NCBI GenBank assembly: GCA_963762565.1
Contig: CAVXLD010000010.1
Coordinates: forward strand, 320,001-384,000
DNA length: 64,000 bases
Reading direction: 5' to 3'
From: an uncultured Verrucomicrobiae bacterium
GTDB taxonomy: Bacteria; Verrucomicrobiota; Verrucomicrobiia; Chthoniobacterales; JAFAMB01
A program made the position numbers and the translations under genes. This document shows positions 1 through 8,701 of this stretch, piece after piece. Numbering within the stretch: position 1 is the first letter of the stretch; every line of letters begins with the position of its first letter. The notes below the pieces were generated by a model that was not told the origin of the DNA, made no database searches, and saw only the letters and a program-made list of their open reading frames with translations.

Positions 1-2
1 TG

Positions 3-830
3 TTGGTCGGCGCCTTGGATAGGAGCATTAAATCTCCGGAGGAGATTGAGAAGCGTTTCGGACTTCCTCTATTGGCGGTAATTCCGAGATATCGTTGGAG
101 ACGCCGGCTTGATTCGGGAGACTCGAACAAGGAACCGTATGAAACACTCAGGACGAACGTCCAAATGGCTCGCCAGAGAGTTGCTGCTTCGGTCCTGGCA
201 GTGGTAAGCGGCGGTTCTCAAGAGGGTAAGTCGACCACAGCAGCAAAGTTGGCCTTGGCTTACGCTGGCAGCGAGCACCAAACTTTAGTCATCGATGCAG
301 CCCTGCGCCGCCCGATTCAACATCGCCTTTTCGGAATCGAGAACCGAATTGGCCTGAGCAATTATTTGCGGGGCGAAAAGACCGTCGAAGAAATCATTCA
401 AGGTAGCGGGACTCCCAACCTATTTATCGTCACCAGCGGTCCGTCGGCCGCCGGTGCAATGAAGCACTTCACCTTGCCGAAATTCGCCGAACTAGTCGAG
501 ACCGCCAAGGATTGGTTTGACGTAGTGATCTTTGACTGTCCATCCACCCTTGGACCAGGCGGTTCCACAGTGATCTGTGCTTTAGCCGAAGGCGTAATTA
601 TCGTAGCCCAACACCGTCGAAATCCTTGTTCAATGGTAATTAGGACAAAGGACGCTTTGCAAAATCTGGGAACGAAGGTTCTCGGCGTCGTGTTGAACAA
701 CGCGTGCATGAAACCTCGGACGAGAAATTTAGCGCCCAGCGTCGCTGTCCACAAAAGGCCGCAGGAAGAACTCGAAGCGGCCGAGTTTCAAACGGCTTTA
801 AACCGATTGCGAGGAAATGACCCGTATTAG
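3..830 (+). CDS. CpsD/CapB-family (BY-kinase-like) polysaccharide biosynthesis protein; 5' end outside window; degenerate motifs
   Basis: LDRSIKSPEEIEKRFGLPLLAVIP and EPYETLRTN segments, Walker A SQEGKST, IDAALRRP, IFDCP, LGVVLN; no C-terminal Tyr cluster. Confidence 0.85.
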   Translation: MVGALDRSIKSPEEIEKRFGLPLLAVIPRYRWRRRLDSGDSNKEPYETLRTNVQMARQRVAASVLAVVSGGSQEGKSTTAAKLALAYAGSEHQTLVIDAALRRPIQHRLFGIENRIGLSNYLRGEKTVEEIIQGSGTPNLFIVTSGPSAAGAMKHFTLPKFAELVETAKDWFDVVIFDCPSTLGPGGSTVICALAEGVIIVAQHRRNPCSMVIRTKDALQNLGTKVLGVVLNNACMKPRTRNLAPSVAVHKRPQEELEAAEFQTALNRLRGNDPY

Positions 831-1407
831 ATGTCTATGCTTCGCTTTTCTGGGCGCCCTGATTTTCCTGGCTTCGTTCCCGGTTTTGGGTGGAGAAGTC
901 ATTCTGCGCCCAACTGATACGATCGAACTCAAAATTGGGGGTGTTCCAGCTGCCGACGCCAAGGCGGTGACCGGCGCATACGTGATCGACGGGCAAGGCT
1001 ATGTAAGCCTGCCTAATCTGGGACGAATCAAGATCGGAGGATTGACCACCAATGCAGCTCAGACAGTGATTGAAACCAGATACCGAGCTCACGATGTTTA
1101 CACGAGGCCGACGATCACGATCACGATGGGAACAGCGCCTCGATGGGTCAATGTGGGCGGCGCGGTGAAAACTCCGCAACGGATGGCTTATAAGCCCGAC
1201 CTGACTATCCTAGCTACTATTGACGCGGCCGGCGGATTCTCGTCCGCTGCAGATGAGCAAAAAGTCCATCTCTTGCGAGCCGATGAGATGATGATCATCG
1301 ACGTTGAGAGAATCCGTGCGAATCCCTCCCTGGATGTCCCTGTAGAACCGGGCGACCGCATCGAGGTCCCATCGGAACAACCTCCGCTGCTTGGGGGAAG
1401 GAATTAA
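817..1407 (+). CDS. Polysaccharide export protein (Wza-like Poly_export + SLBB domains)
   Basis: Signal peptide; IDGQGYVSLPNLGRIKIGGLT; VNVGGAVKTP; IDAAGGFS; VEPGDRIEVP. Confidence 0.85.
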   Translation: MTRIRCLCFAFLGALIFLASFPVLGGEVILRPTDTIELKIGGVPAADAKAVTGAYVIDGQGYVSLPNLGRIKIGGLTTNAAQTVIETRYRAHDVYTRPTITITMGTAPRWVNVGGAVKTPQRMAYKPDLTILATIDAAGGFSSAADEQKVHLLRADEMMIIDVERIRANPSLDVPVEPGDRIEVPSEQPPLLGGRN

Positions 1408-1411
1408 AAGC

Positions 1412-1903
1412 AGGAGCTAGGAGGGGCGCTGAAGCATGCATCGTAATCGTCCTCGTCCTCGATAGGCGTGGCACGTTAACAAGGCGTTTTTGTTCCCAGC
1501 GCCCGGAGGGGAGCGCTTTGGCGCGTAGGACACGACCTCGCGGTATTTGTTTGAGCGCTTAATCCGACCACGAAACGTCACAACAGGCGGCTCCCGCGCA
1601 TAACCCAGCGCGATGATTAGCCGCTGGCTCCGATTCCTTGTACCCGGCGGTAGACCTCCGAACCGCTGGGTCGTTCGCGGGAGCCGCCTGTTTTTGCACG
1701 TTTCGGACGGATTAATGTTGAGACGAATTTCGCAAGGGTGGACAGATTAACGCCAAAGCGGCTCCCCTCCGGGACGTCGGGTAATGGCGCATTGCACTAA
1801 CTGCCACCCGCCCATCGAGGACGACGACGAGGACGAGGACGAGAACGATTGCGATAGAGCCGCGACACCCCTCCTAGCTCCTAGATTCTAACTCCTAGCT
1901 CCT
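1412..1903. repeat. Nested imperfect palindrome made of three repeat families
   Basis: AGGAGCTAGGAGGGG 1412-1426 / 1868-1903; TCGTCCTCG hexamer array 1441-1462 / 1815-1848; GGAGGGGAGC(C)GCTTTG 1502-1523 / 1751-1773; CAGGCGGCTCCC 1582-1598 / 1676-1692. Confidence 0.9.
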
Positions 1904-1907
1904 CGCC

Positions 1908-2480
1908 TCACGCATCACTAACCAGATCCCGGTTCTTGGCCAGATACGAAAGACCGGAGAAAAGGGTCAATACTACCGCAACCGAGAGGATAACGCTGCC
2001 GATGGCGGAAACGATATTTTGGGCGGTAGCAGAAAGGTGAGTCCAAGAAGCCTCGTTAATACTCTTCAAGAGAAGGTAATACACCACCGTAACCATCTGC
2101 CACACGGTTTTGTGTTTCCCGAGGCGCTCGGCCGGAAGGGTTCTACCTCGGGAGATACCGATCAAACGAAGACCGGTAATCAGAAATTCTCGGCTTACGA
2201 TGATAATCACGGCCCAGGCGGGCAGATCCTTGGATGCCACCAGACAGATAAAAGCCGACACAATCATAATCTTGTCGACGAGAGGATCCATCAGTTGCCC
2301 GAAAACCGTCACCAGCTGATATCGGCGGGCGATATAGCCATCGGCATAGTCGGTGAAACTAGCCACAAGAAACAACAACAGCGCAATCGTCTTGCTCCAG
2401 TGCCAATCCACACTGAGCAGCCAAACAAAAGGGAATACTAAGACAAGCCGCCAAAGGGTAAGCTGATTTGGCAGATTCAT
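1908..2480 (-). CDS. pgsA: CDP-diacylglycerol--glycerol-3-phosphate 3-phosphatidyltransferase
   Basis: MNLPNQLT start; DYADGYIAR...FGQLMDPLVDK CDP-alcohol phosphotransferase motif; GKHKT. Confidence 0.93.
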   Translation of the reverse strand: MNLPNQLTLWRLVLVFPFVWLLSVDWHWSKTIALLLFLVASFTDYADGYIARRYQLVTVFGQLMDPLVDKIMIVSAFICLVASKDLPAWAVIIIVSREFLITGLRLIGISRGRTLPAERLGKHKTVWQMVTVVYYLLLKSINEASWTHLSATAQNIVSAIGSVILSVAVVLTLFSGLSYLAKNRDLVSDA

Positions 2481-2875
2481 GCCGAGCGCAATTTTGTCTG
2501 AATGGGATGTTTCCAGATGGGCACTCGCGCCTTCAGCAACTCCACTAGACGCTGGCTGCCTGCGAAAGCAGCTCCGCGGTGACGAGCGGTAACCCGGACA
2601 ATGAGGGATGCTTCGCCCGCGGGAACAAAACCAATCCGATGGTGGACGATAACAGATCCTAAAGAGTATTTTTGGGCAATTTCCTCGGAAATTCGTCCGA
2701 GCTCCGCTTCCGCCATCTCTACAAAAGCCTCGTACTCCAGACCTGAGATAGTCGCATCATTCTCGTCCTCTCGGACTACCCCAAAAAAATCCACCACCGC
2801 GCCATGCTCGGTCGAAAATGCGGAAGGCAAGGGCAGCAAAGGTTCCCGAGTAATTTTCACCTCGCATCGGTGCAT
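2477..2875 (-). CDS. moaE: Molybdopterin synthase catalytic subunit
   Basis: GAVVDFFGVVR, LEYEA, HRIG, ARHR, LKARVPIWK. Confidence 0.93.
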   Translation of the reverse strand: MHRCEVKITREPLLPLPSAFSTEHGAVVDFFGVVREDENDATISGLEYEAFVEMAEAELGRISEEIAQKYSLGSVIVHHRIGFVPAGEASLIVRVTARHRGAAFAGSQRLVELLKARVPIWKHPIQTKLRSA

Positions 2876-2937
2876 GAAGGCATTCTAATGCGGTCTGGCT
2901 CATATTTGCAAAGCCGGTTAGGCACGAAGCGAAGAAG

Positions 2938-3227
2938 TTGGTAGGGCGAGGCTGCGGCATACCTAAGGGCCGTTCGCACGGCGACAAAATGTCACCTATC
3001 GAGGGTACCCCGCGACGAAAGGCTGCCGAGCCGGTAACCCAGCACGTAACCAGAGCAACAGAGGTCGTCGTGTTACAAATGGCTCATTCCGTGGGTAGGG
3101 GCGTCTCGGTCTGGTTCCACGCTGGGACATCGGCTCGGCAGCTCGTTGGCCTCGCGCTCTCAAAGACGACGAGACGCCAGCACCCCTGGGAAAGCGGCTC
3201 GGTTGAATCGGAGCCTCGCCCTACCAA
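2938..3227. repeat. REPIN-like inverted pair of split GTAG-type REP units (family B)
   Basis: GGTAGGGCGAGGCT 2940, CTGCCGAGCCG 3023, CGGCTCGGCAG 3131, GGAGCCTCGCCCTACC 3210. Confidence 0.85.
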
Positions 3228-3402
3228 CATAGAGCGCGCCCCACTTGCGCAACCATACTGCGTGGCGTACTGCCAATTGTTCCTACTGGTTTCTCTTGGA
3301 GGCCTCACTTCCGCCGTCGTCCGGCCGAGCCGGACTAGGCGGACAAGTACGAGACCGACTTCAGAACAGGGTCTCACCCGGATAAACCTAGATTTTCGCA
3401 AT

Positions 3403-4821
3403 ATGACAAACGCATCTGACATCGGCCTGGTTGGCCTCGCGGTGATGGGGGAAAACCTCGTCCTGAACATGGAAAGCAAAGGTTTTTCGGTCTCGGTTTA
3501 CAACCGGACGACCGAGGTTACCGATAAATTCGCGGCGGGACGAGCCAAAGGGAAACGAATCGTTGCCACTCATTCCATCGATGAATTCGTGAAAAGTCTA
3601 GCCCGCCCACGCAAGGTGATGATCATGGTGAAAGCCGGTGCGGCTGTCGACGCCGTGATCGACCAACTGCTACCTCAGTTGGAGCAAGGGGACGTTATTA
3701 TCGATGGCGGCAACTCGCTCTTCATCGATACTCAGCGGCGCGACAAGGCGCTAACCGGTAAAGGATTCCATTTTCTCGGCATGGGCGTCTCCGGAGGAGA
3801 AGAAGGCGCACTCAAAGGTCCATCCTTGATGCCAGGAGGTTCTAAGGATGCATGGGAAATCGTAGCCCCGATATTCCAAAAAATTGCCGCTCAGGTCGAC
3901 GGGGATGCGTGCTGCCGTTACATGGGGCCGGACGGCGCAGGTCACTATGTGAAGATGGTGCACAATGGAATCGAGTACGGCGATATGCAGCTGATCTGCG
4001 AAGCGTACGCCATATTACGAGACCTGCTCGGGGTCAATGCGGCGGAGCTGCATGATATTTTCTCGGATTGGAACCGCGGCGACCTGGACAGTTTCCTGAT
4101 CGAAATCACCGCGAACATTTTTACTAAAACAGATCCTGACACTGGGAAAGCACTCGTTGACGTCATCCTAGACAAAGCCGGACAGAAAGGGACCGGCCGC
4201 TGGACGCTGCAGTCCGCGATCGAACAGGCGGTTGTGGTGTCCACTATCAATGCGGCCGTAGAAGCGCGGGTCTTGTCGGCTATGAAAGATCAGCGGGTAC
4301 GCGCATCGAAACAGTTGCCGGTCCCGGCGAAATTCAATTACACCGGCGATCGCCAAGCTCTGATCGACGCAGTACGCGACGCGCTCTACGCCTCGAAAAT
4401 TATTTCTTACGCCCAAGGATTTTCCCTGTTCGAAGCCGCTGGTAAACAGTTCAACTGGAACCTCCACTATGGAGACATCGCCACCATCTGGCGTGGAGGA
4501 TGCATTATCCGGGCAAAATTCTTGAACCGAATCAAGGAAGCTTTTGATCGGGAGCCTAATCTGGAGAACCTGATGCTGGACCCGTTCTTCAAAGGAGTCC
4601 TCAGCAACGCCCAAACGAATTGGCGCACCGCGGTCTCGTTGGCCATCCAGGCCGGTGTTGCCGTCCCTGCTTTTAGCGCCTCTCTGGCTTATTTCGACAG
4701 CTATCGGCAAGAACGTTTGCCGGCTAACCTGTTACAAGCTCAACGCGATTATTTCGGCGCGCATACTTACGAGCGCGTTGATAAGCCTGGCGTATTCCAT
4801 ACCGAATGGCTGAAGGTCTAA
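3403..4821 (+). CDS. gnd: 6-phosphogluconate dehydrogenase, NADP-dependent, decarboxylating
   Basis: IGLVGLAVMGENL, GVSGGEEGA, VKMVHNGIEYGDMQ, QAQRDYFGAHTY; start set at ATG 3403 because the upstream ORF extension runs through a repeat. Confidence 0.97.
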   Translation: MTNASDIGLVGLAVMGENLVLNMESKGFSVSVYNRTTEVTDKFAAGRAKGKRIVATHSIDEFVKSLARPRKVMIMVKAGAAVDAVIDQLLPQLEQGDVIIDGGNSLFIDTQRRDKALTGKGFHFLGMGVSGGEEGALKGPSLMPGGSKDAWEIVAPIFQKIAAQVDGDACCRYMGPDGAGHYVKMVHNGIEYGDMQLICEAYAILRDLLGVNAAELHDIFSDWNRGDLDSFLIEITANIFTKTDPDTGKALVDVILDKAGQKGTGRWTLQSAIEQAVVVSTINAAVEARVLSAMKDQRVRASKQLPVPAKFNYTGDRQALIDAVRDALYASKIISYAQGFSLFEAAGKQFNWNLHYGDIATIWRGGCIIRAKFLNRIKEAFDREPNLENLMLDPFFKGVLSNAQTNWRTAVSLAIQAGVAVPAFSASLAYFDSYRQERLPANLLQAQRDYFGAHTYERVDKPGVFHTEWLKV

Positions 4822-4826
4822 TACGG

Positions 4827-4890
4827 AATAGCCGCGAAACCTGTCGCGCCGTAGGCCTGGCGAAGGCGGAAGAGCGCAAAGAACGCAAAA
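4827..4890 (+). repeat. Solo AATAGCCGC-(AAAGAACGC)n end carrying a 31-nt mini-hairpin insertion (4840-4870)
   Basis: AATAGCCGCGAAA[CCTGTCGCGCCGTAGGCCTGGCGAAGGCGGA]AGAGCGCAAAGAACGCAAAA; compare uninterrupted copies at 54161 and 9060-9090. Confidence 0.8.
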
Positions 4891-5062
4891 GTAGACAAAA
4901 CAAGAAGCCCTGAAAATCACTCCAACTGCGCGGACACGAGATGCAAATTCGGACTAGCGCAGCACTCCAGTACTCCAATACTCCATCACTCCGCGCGGCC
5001 GGATTCGAGGACGAGGACGACGACGAGGACGAGAACGAAGCCTCCTTCGGCACACCAGACGC

Positions 5063-5950
5063 ATGCAATTAATCGACGGAAAAGCAATCGGCGAAAAAAT
5101 CAACGAAGAGACGAAGCGAAAGACTGAGGACTTGAAACGGCACGGGGTCGTGCCGGGACTAGCCGTGGTACTGGTCGGGACTGATCCAGCTTCAGTGTCG
5201 TATGTCCGGAGCAAGGACAAGATCTCCCAGGAATTCGGGTTCCACTCTCGAAAGATCGAGCTACCTGAACAAACCAGCGAGGCTGAGCTCCTTCAAATCG
5301 TCAAAGAGTTAAACACCGATTCGCAAATCCACGCGATCCTGGTACAATCGCCGCTCCCAAAGCAGATCGACGAATTAAAGATCACTCTCGCTCTGGACCC
5401 AGCCAAGGACGTGGATGGATTCCATCCCACCAACGTAGGCAAGCTTGCCATCGGTGATCCCTCCGGGATCGTGCCTTGCACTCCCTTGGGTTGCCAAAGA
5501 TTGCTGCTCGAGATCGGGGCTCCTATCGCAGGTAGCCGGGTCGTGATCCTCGGTAGAAGCATGCTAGTAGGGAAACCCCTCGCCTTTTTACTGATGGCTA
5601 AAGGTCCAGGAGGTGACGCCACCGTCACCGTCGTCCACTCCAGAAGCCGGGACCTAGTGGAAATTTGTTCATCCGCCGAAATTCTCATCGTCGCCATGGG
5701 ACAACCCGGATTTGTAAAAAAGGAACATGTTCGAGAGGGCGCTATCGTAATCGATGTGGGCACCACGCGCGTTGAGGATCCCACCCGGAAAAAAGGCTTC
5801 CGAATCGCCGGCGACGTCGATTTTGACCAGGTCGCTCCGAAAACCCGTGCCATTACACCCGTACCCGGCGGCGTCGGTCCAATGACAATCGCAATGCTGA
5901 TGCAGAATACTCTGAAGGCCTGCCAGCAGCAGACAGGGCTTTTCGTGTGA
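5063..5950 (+). CDS. folD: Bifunctional methylenetetrahydrofolate dehydrogenase/cyclohydrolase
   Basis: [32 protein letters not shown]. Confidence 0.97.
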   Translation: MQLIDGKAIGEKINEETKRKTEDLKRHGVVPGLAVVLVGTDPASVSYVRSKDKISQEFGFHSRKIELPEQTSEAELLQIVKELNTDSQIHAILVQSPLPKQIDELKITLALDPAKDVDGFHPTNVGKLAIGDPSGIVPCTPLGCQRLLLEIGAPIAGSRVVILGRSMLVGKPLAFLLMAKGPGGDATVTVVHSRSRDLVEICSSAEILIVAMGQPGFVKKEHVREGAIVIDVGTTRVEDPTRKKGFRIAGDVDFDQVAPKTRAITPVPGGVGPMTIAMLMQNTLKACQQQTGLFV

Positions 5951-5951
5951 C

Positions 5952-6119
5952 TGGAGGGGAACCGCTTTGTAGGTTGGCAGTTTTGCAGGTTAGCAGCCGG
6001 CAACTCCCGGGAACTACTCTCTCGCTGCATTCGCGGCGAAGTCAATATAGCGGGGCTTCTGAGGCACATGCCAAAGCGGCTCCCCTCCATCCTTGAACTC
6101 CTTGAACTCCTGAACTCCT
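5952..6119. repeat. Family A inverted-repeat element (partial) followed by GAACTCCTT nonamer array
   Basis: TGGAGGGGAACCGCTTTG 5952 / CAAAGCGGCTCCCCTCCA ending 6089; TCCTTGAAC repeats 6090-6119. Confidence 0.8.
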
Positions 6120-6128
6120 TTTCCTCGG

Positions 6129-7427
6129 ATGCATAGTTTTCATTATCGTGACCACCAGCTCTTCTGTGAGGACACCGATGTAGCCCAGATCGCCGAGACT
6201 CATGGGACACCGCTCTACGTTTACAGCCAGTACACGGTACTGGACCACTTCCAGCGGCTGAACACCGCCCTCAAAGGTCTTGATCACGAGATCTGCTATG
6301 CCGTAAAGGCGAACCCGAATCTTGCCCTATTACGTCTCTTAGCTAACGCGGGCGCCGGATTCGATATCGTGTCGGGAGGCGAACTTTATAAAGTTCTCTC
6401 CAGCGGCGGGTCTGCTGCCAAGTGCACTTTTGCCGGCGTCGGAAAGACCAGGGAGGAAATTGCCTACGCGCTCCATAACGACGTCCTAAGCTTCAACGTC
6501 GAGTCTGAGGAAGAGCTTCTCACTATTCAGGAGGTAGCCAAGTCTCTGGGAAAGGCCGCACCGATCGCGATCAGAGCGAATCCCGACGTCGATGCAGCCA
6601 CTCACAAGTATATTTCGACGGGCAAAAGCCAGAACAAATTCGGAATTGGTCTGGATCGGATCGAAGCCGTCTATGAGCTCGCAGCCGGGCTCAGTCACGT
6701 AAAGATCACCGGTATTCAAACCCACATCGGTTCCCAAATCCGAGAGAGCAAACCGTTCGTCGAGGCGTTGCAGAAGCTGGTTCCGCTAGTAAAGCGGCTC
6801 CGTGAACGGTACGGGATAGACTTCTTCAGCATTGGTGGAGGCATTGGCATCGTCTATGAAGGGTCGCTGGAAAGCGGCCGGGAAGAATGGTGGTCAGACG
6901 AGACGACTAAACCGGGTATGACCATCGAAGAATACGTGACCGCCATAGGACCGCTGCTGGAAGACATCGGGGTTCGGGTTTTACTCGAGCCTGGCCGCTT
7001 CCTGGTCGGCAACGCGGGCATTCTCCTTTGTCGGGTCCTTTATATAAAGGAAACACCCGCCAAACGATTTGTGATCGTGGACGCCGGGATGAATGACCTG
7101 ATCCGGCCTGCCCTCTACGATGGTTTCCACGAAATCGTCGCGGTTACACGAAACCCCAAGTTAGATCCGATCATCGCGGACGTTGTGGGACCAGTGTGCG
7201 AGAGCGGAGATTTCTTTGCGCTGGACCGAAAAATACCCGGGTGCGAATCCGGTGATCTGCTCGCGGTGATGAGCGCCGGTGCTTATGGGTTCGCCATGGC
7301 ATCGAATTACAACTCTCGTCCGCTACCGGCCGAAGTGCTGGTAACCGGCAACAGTTCTCAATTGATCCGCCGTCGCCAGAATTATGCCGATCTGGTGGAG
7401 TTCGAATTGGGCGCTGACGAAGATTGA
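6129..7427 (+). CDS. lysA: Diaminopimelate decarboxylase
   Basis: GTPLYVY, YAVKAN (PLP Lys), HIGSQ, EPGR, GPVCESGD, GAYGFAMASNYN. Confidence 0.97.
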   Translation: MHSFHYRDHQLFCEDTDVAQIAETHGTPLYVYSQYTVLDHFQRLNTALKGLDHEICYAVKANPNLALLRLLANAGAGFDIVSGGELYKVLSSGGSAAKCTFAGVGKTREEIAYALHNDVLSFNVESEEELLTIQEVAKSLGKAAPIAIRANPDVDAATHKYISTGKSQNKFGIGLDRIEAVYELAAGLSHVKITGIQTHIGSQIRESKPFVEALQKLVPLVKRLRERYGIDFFSIGGGIGIVYEGSLESGREEWWSDETTKPGMTIEEYVTAIGPLLEDIGVRVLLEPGRFLVGNAGILLCRVLYIKETPAKRFVIVDAGMNDLIRPALYDGFHEIVAVTRNPKLDPIIADVVGPVCESGDFFALDRKIPGCESGDLLAVMSAGAYGFAMASNYNSRPLPAEVLVTGNSSQLIRRRQNYADLVEFELGADED

Positions 7428-7484
7428 GCCCGTGCCGCACGAGGCGCTTCGTACTCGTCCTCGCAATTGAACATGGCCCAGCGC

Positions 7485-7730
7485 CGGGAGGGATCGCGTC
7501 CTTGCGATCCGCGGTTCCTGGAGGGGAGCCGCTTTGTAAGTTGGCAGCTCTTTCGGATTGCAGCAGGCGGCTCCCGCGAAGTACCCAGCGTTTGCCATGC
7601 AGGACGGACGCGCTTGGCAAAGCCACTGATTCGCAAAGCCCCGTAGAACTGCCTACTCTGGGGCCGTGCTCGGGAGCCGCCTGCTGCCAACTTACAGAGC
7701 TGCCAACTTACAAAGCGGCTCCCCTCCAGG
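7485..7730. repeat. Family C REP unit (7485-7511) plus family A element (7517-7730)
   Basis: GGGAGGGATCGCGTCCTTGCGATCC; CCTGGAGGGGAGCCGCTTTGTAAGTTGGCAGCTC / GAGCTGCCAACTTACAAAGCGGCTCCCCTCCAGG; inner CAGGCGGCTCCC / GGGAGCCGCCTG. Confidence 0.88.
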
Positions 7731-7786
7731 TCTTGGGCGGCTGGTAGGCGCCGAGCTTTTGCTAACCTTGCCGGGTCATTTCTCAC

Positions 7787-8302
7787 CTACAACTCCCCCA
7801 ACTGCCGCAAACGCGCCCGGACCGATGCCGATTCCTCGGTTTTCGCACGTTCCAAAAGCGGCGCGATTTGACCTCGATACTTCGGATAGAGCTCGGCCAG
7901 CCGATGTAACCCGCTATAAGCCCAGGACCGAACAAACAGGTTGCGGTTTAGCGTCCATCCAACCAGCCCCTGTTTGAGCTCCGGCGCACATGAACTTGGA
8001 ATGGGCAACCCCGGTAACATCTGCAACAGATGCAATCTTGATTCCCAACGATTGACCGACATCAGTAACTCTAATAAACGCGCAACCAGCGGTTCCGGGA
8101 ATTCAGCTCCCCTCTCCTGATACCGCTTTAACAACCAAGTCGCTCCGACCTGCGAAGTTCCCTCGGCCGTTTCCGCAAACCAGACGAGATGCTGCAGAAG
8201 CTTAGTGTCGGGCGCCCAGGCCTCCGAGATCCGTACCAATCGATCGATATTCTTCCCATCAAATTCATCCAAAAGCGTATCCAGGGCAGAATAGGCAGAC
8301 AT
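7787..8302 (-). CDS. Hypothetical helical protein (HEAT/ARM-like)
   Basis: 171-aa ORF with GAGGGAAG SD-like motif; Leu-rich helices, FVRSWAY...ESASVRAR C-terminus. Confidence 0.7.
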   Translation of the reverse strand: MSAYSALDTLLDEFDGKNIDRLVRISEAWAPDTKLLQHLVWFAETAEGTSQVGATWLLKRYQERGAEFPEPLVARLLELLMSVNRWESRLHLLQMLPGLPIPSSCAPELKQGLVGWTLNRNLFVRSWAYSGLHRLAELYPKYRGQIAPLLERAKTEESASVRARLRQLGEL

Positions 8303-8626
8303 CGTCTTCCCTCAATCATCGCCATGATTGGCAACGAATAGAACCGTGCTGTAACCAAATCTGATTTTCAAGCGGTAGAGATGAGCTCCCGACTACGCCA
8401 AGCCTACGTCGCGGCCAAGCTCTGCCATTTTGAACGCCTTACGACAAGGGCGCGCCATAGCGAAGCGACGGCGGCCTGCTAATCTCCCAGTTTCGCTCCA
8501 TGCCGTCCCAGAAATGAAACGACGATTGGCCTGCAACTGCCTGTCGTGAACAGCGTCCCTTCCGATCAAGCTAGCTCTTTTGCCGGATCACATCGCCAGC
8601 GACCGTTCATCCTGCATGAGAACAGC

Positions 8627-8643
8627 TTGGCACCGCCAGTGCT
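8627..8643 (+). promoter_or_regulatory. Putative sigma-54 -24/-12 promoter
   Basis: TTGGCACCGCCAGTGCT: GG 8629-8630, 10 nt, GC 8641-8642, about 60 nt upstream of ATG 8702. Confidence 0.55.
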
Positions 8644-8701
8644 TAATGGGTGACTCGAGAGGCAAATCCCTCTCACCACTAATCAGAAAATCCCATACAA
8701 C

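Noticed and set aside
2938..3402. 155-aa N-terminal extension of Gnd in the ORF track
   Set aside because: It runs through a family B repeat; Gnd homology begins at ATG 3403. The extensions of the mqnP-like, MFS, treZ and UxaA-family ORFs were trimmed for the same reason.
7171..7977. Overlapping ORFs sharing LQSGSPPG or LPTYKAAP peptides (also 13115-13522, 14007-14837, 52380-52637)
   Set aside because: They are translations of the family A repeat, not a protein family.
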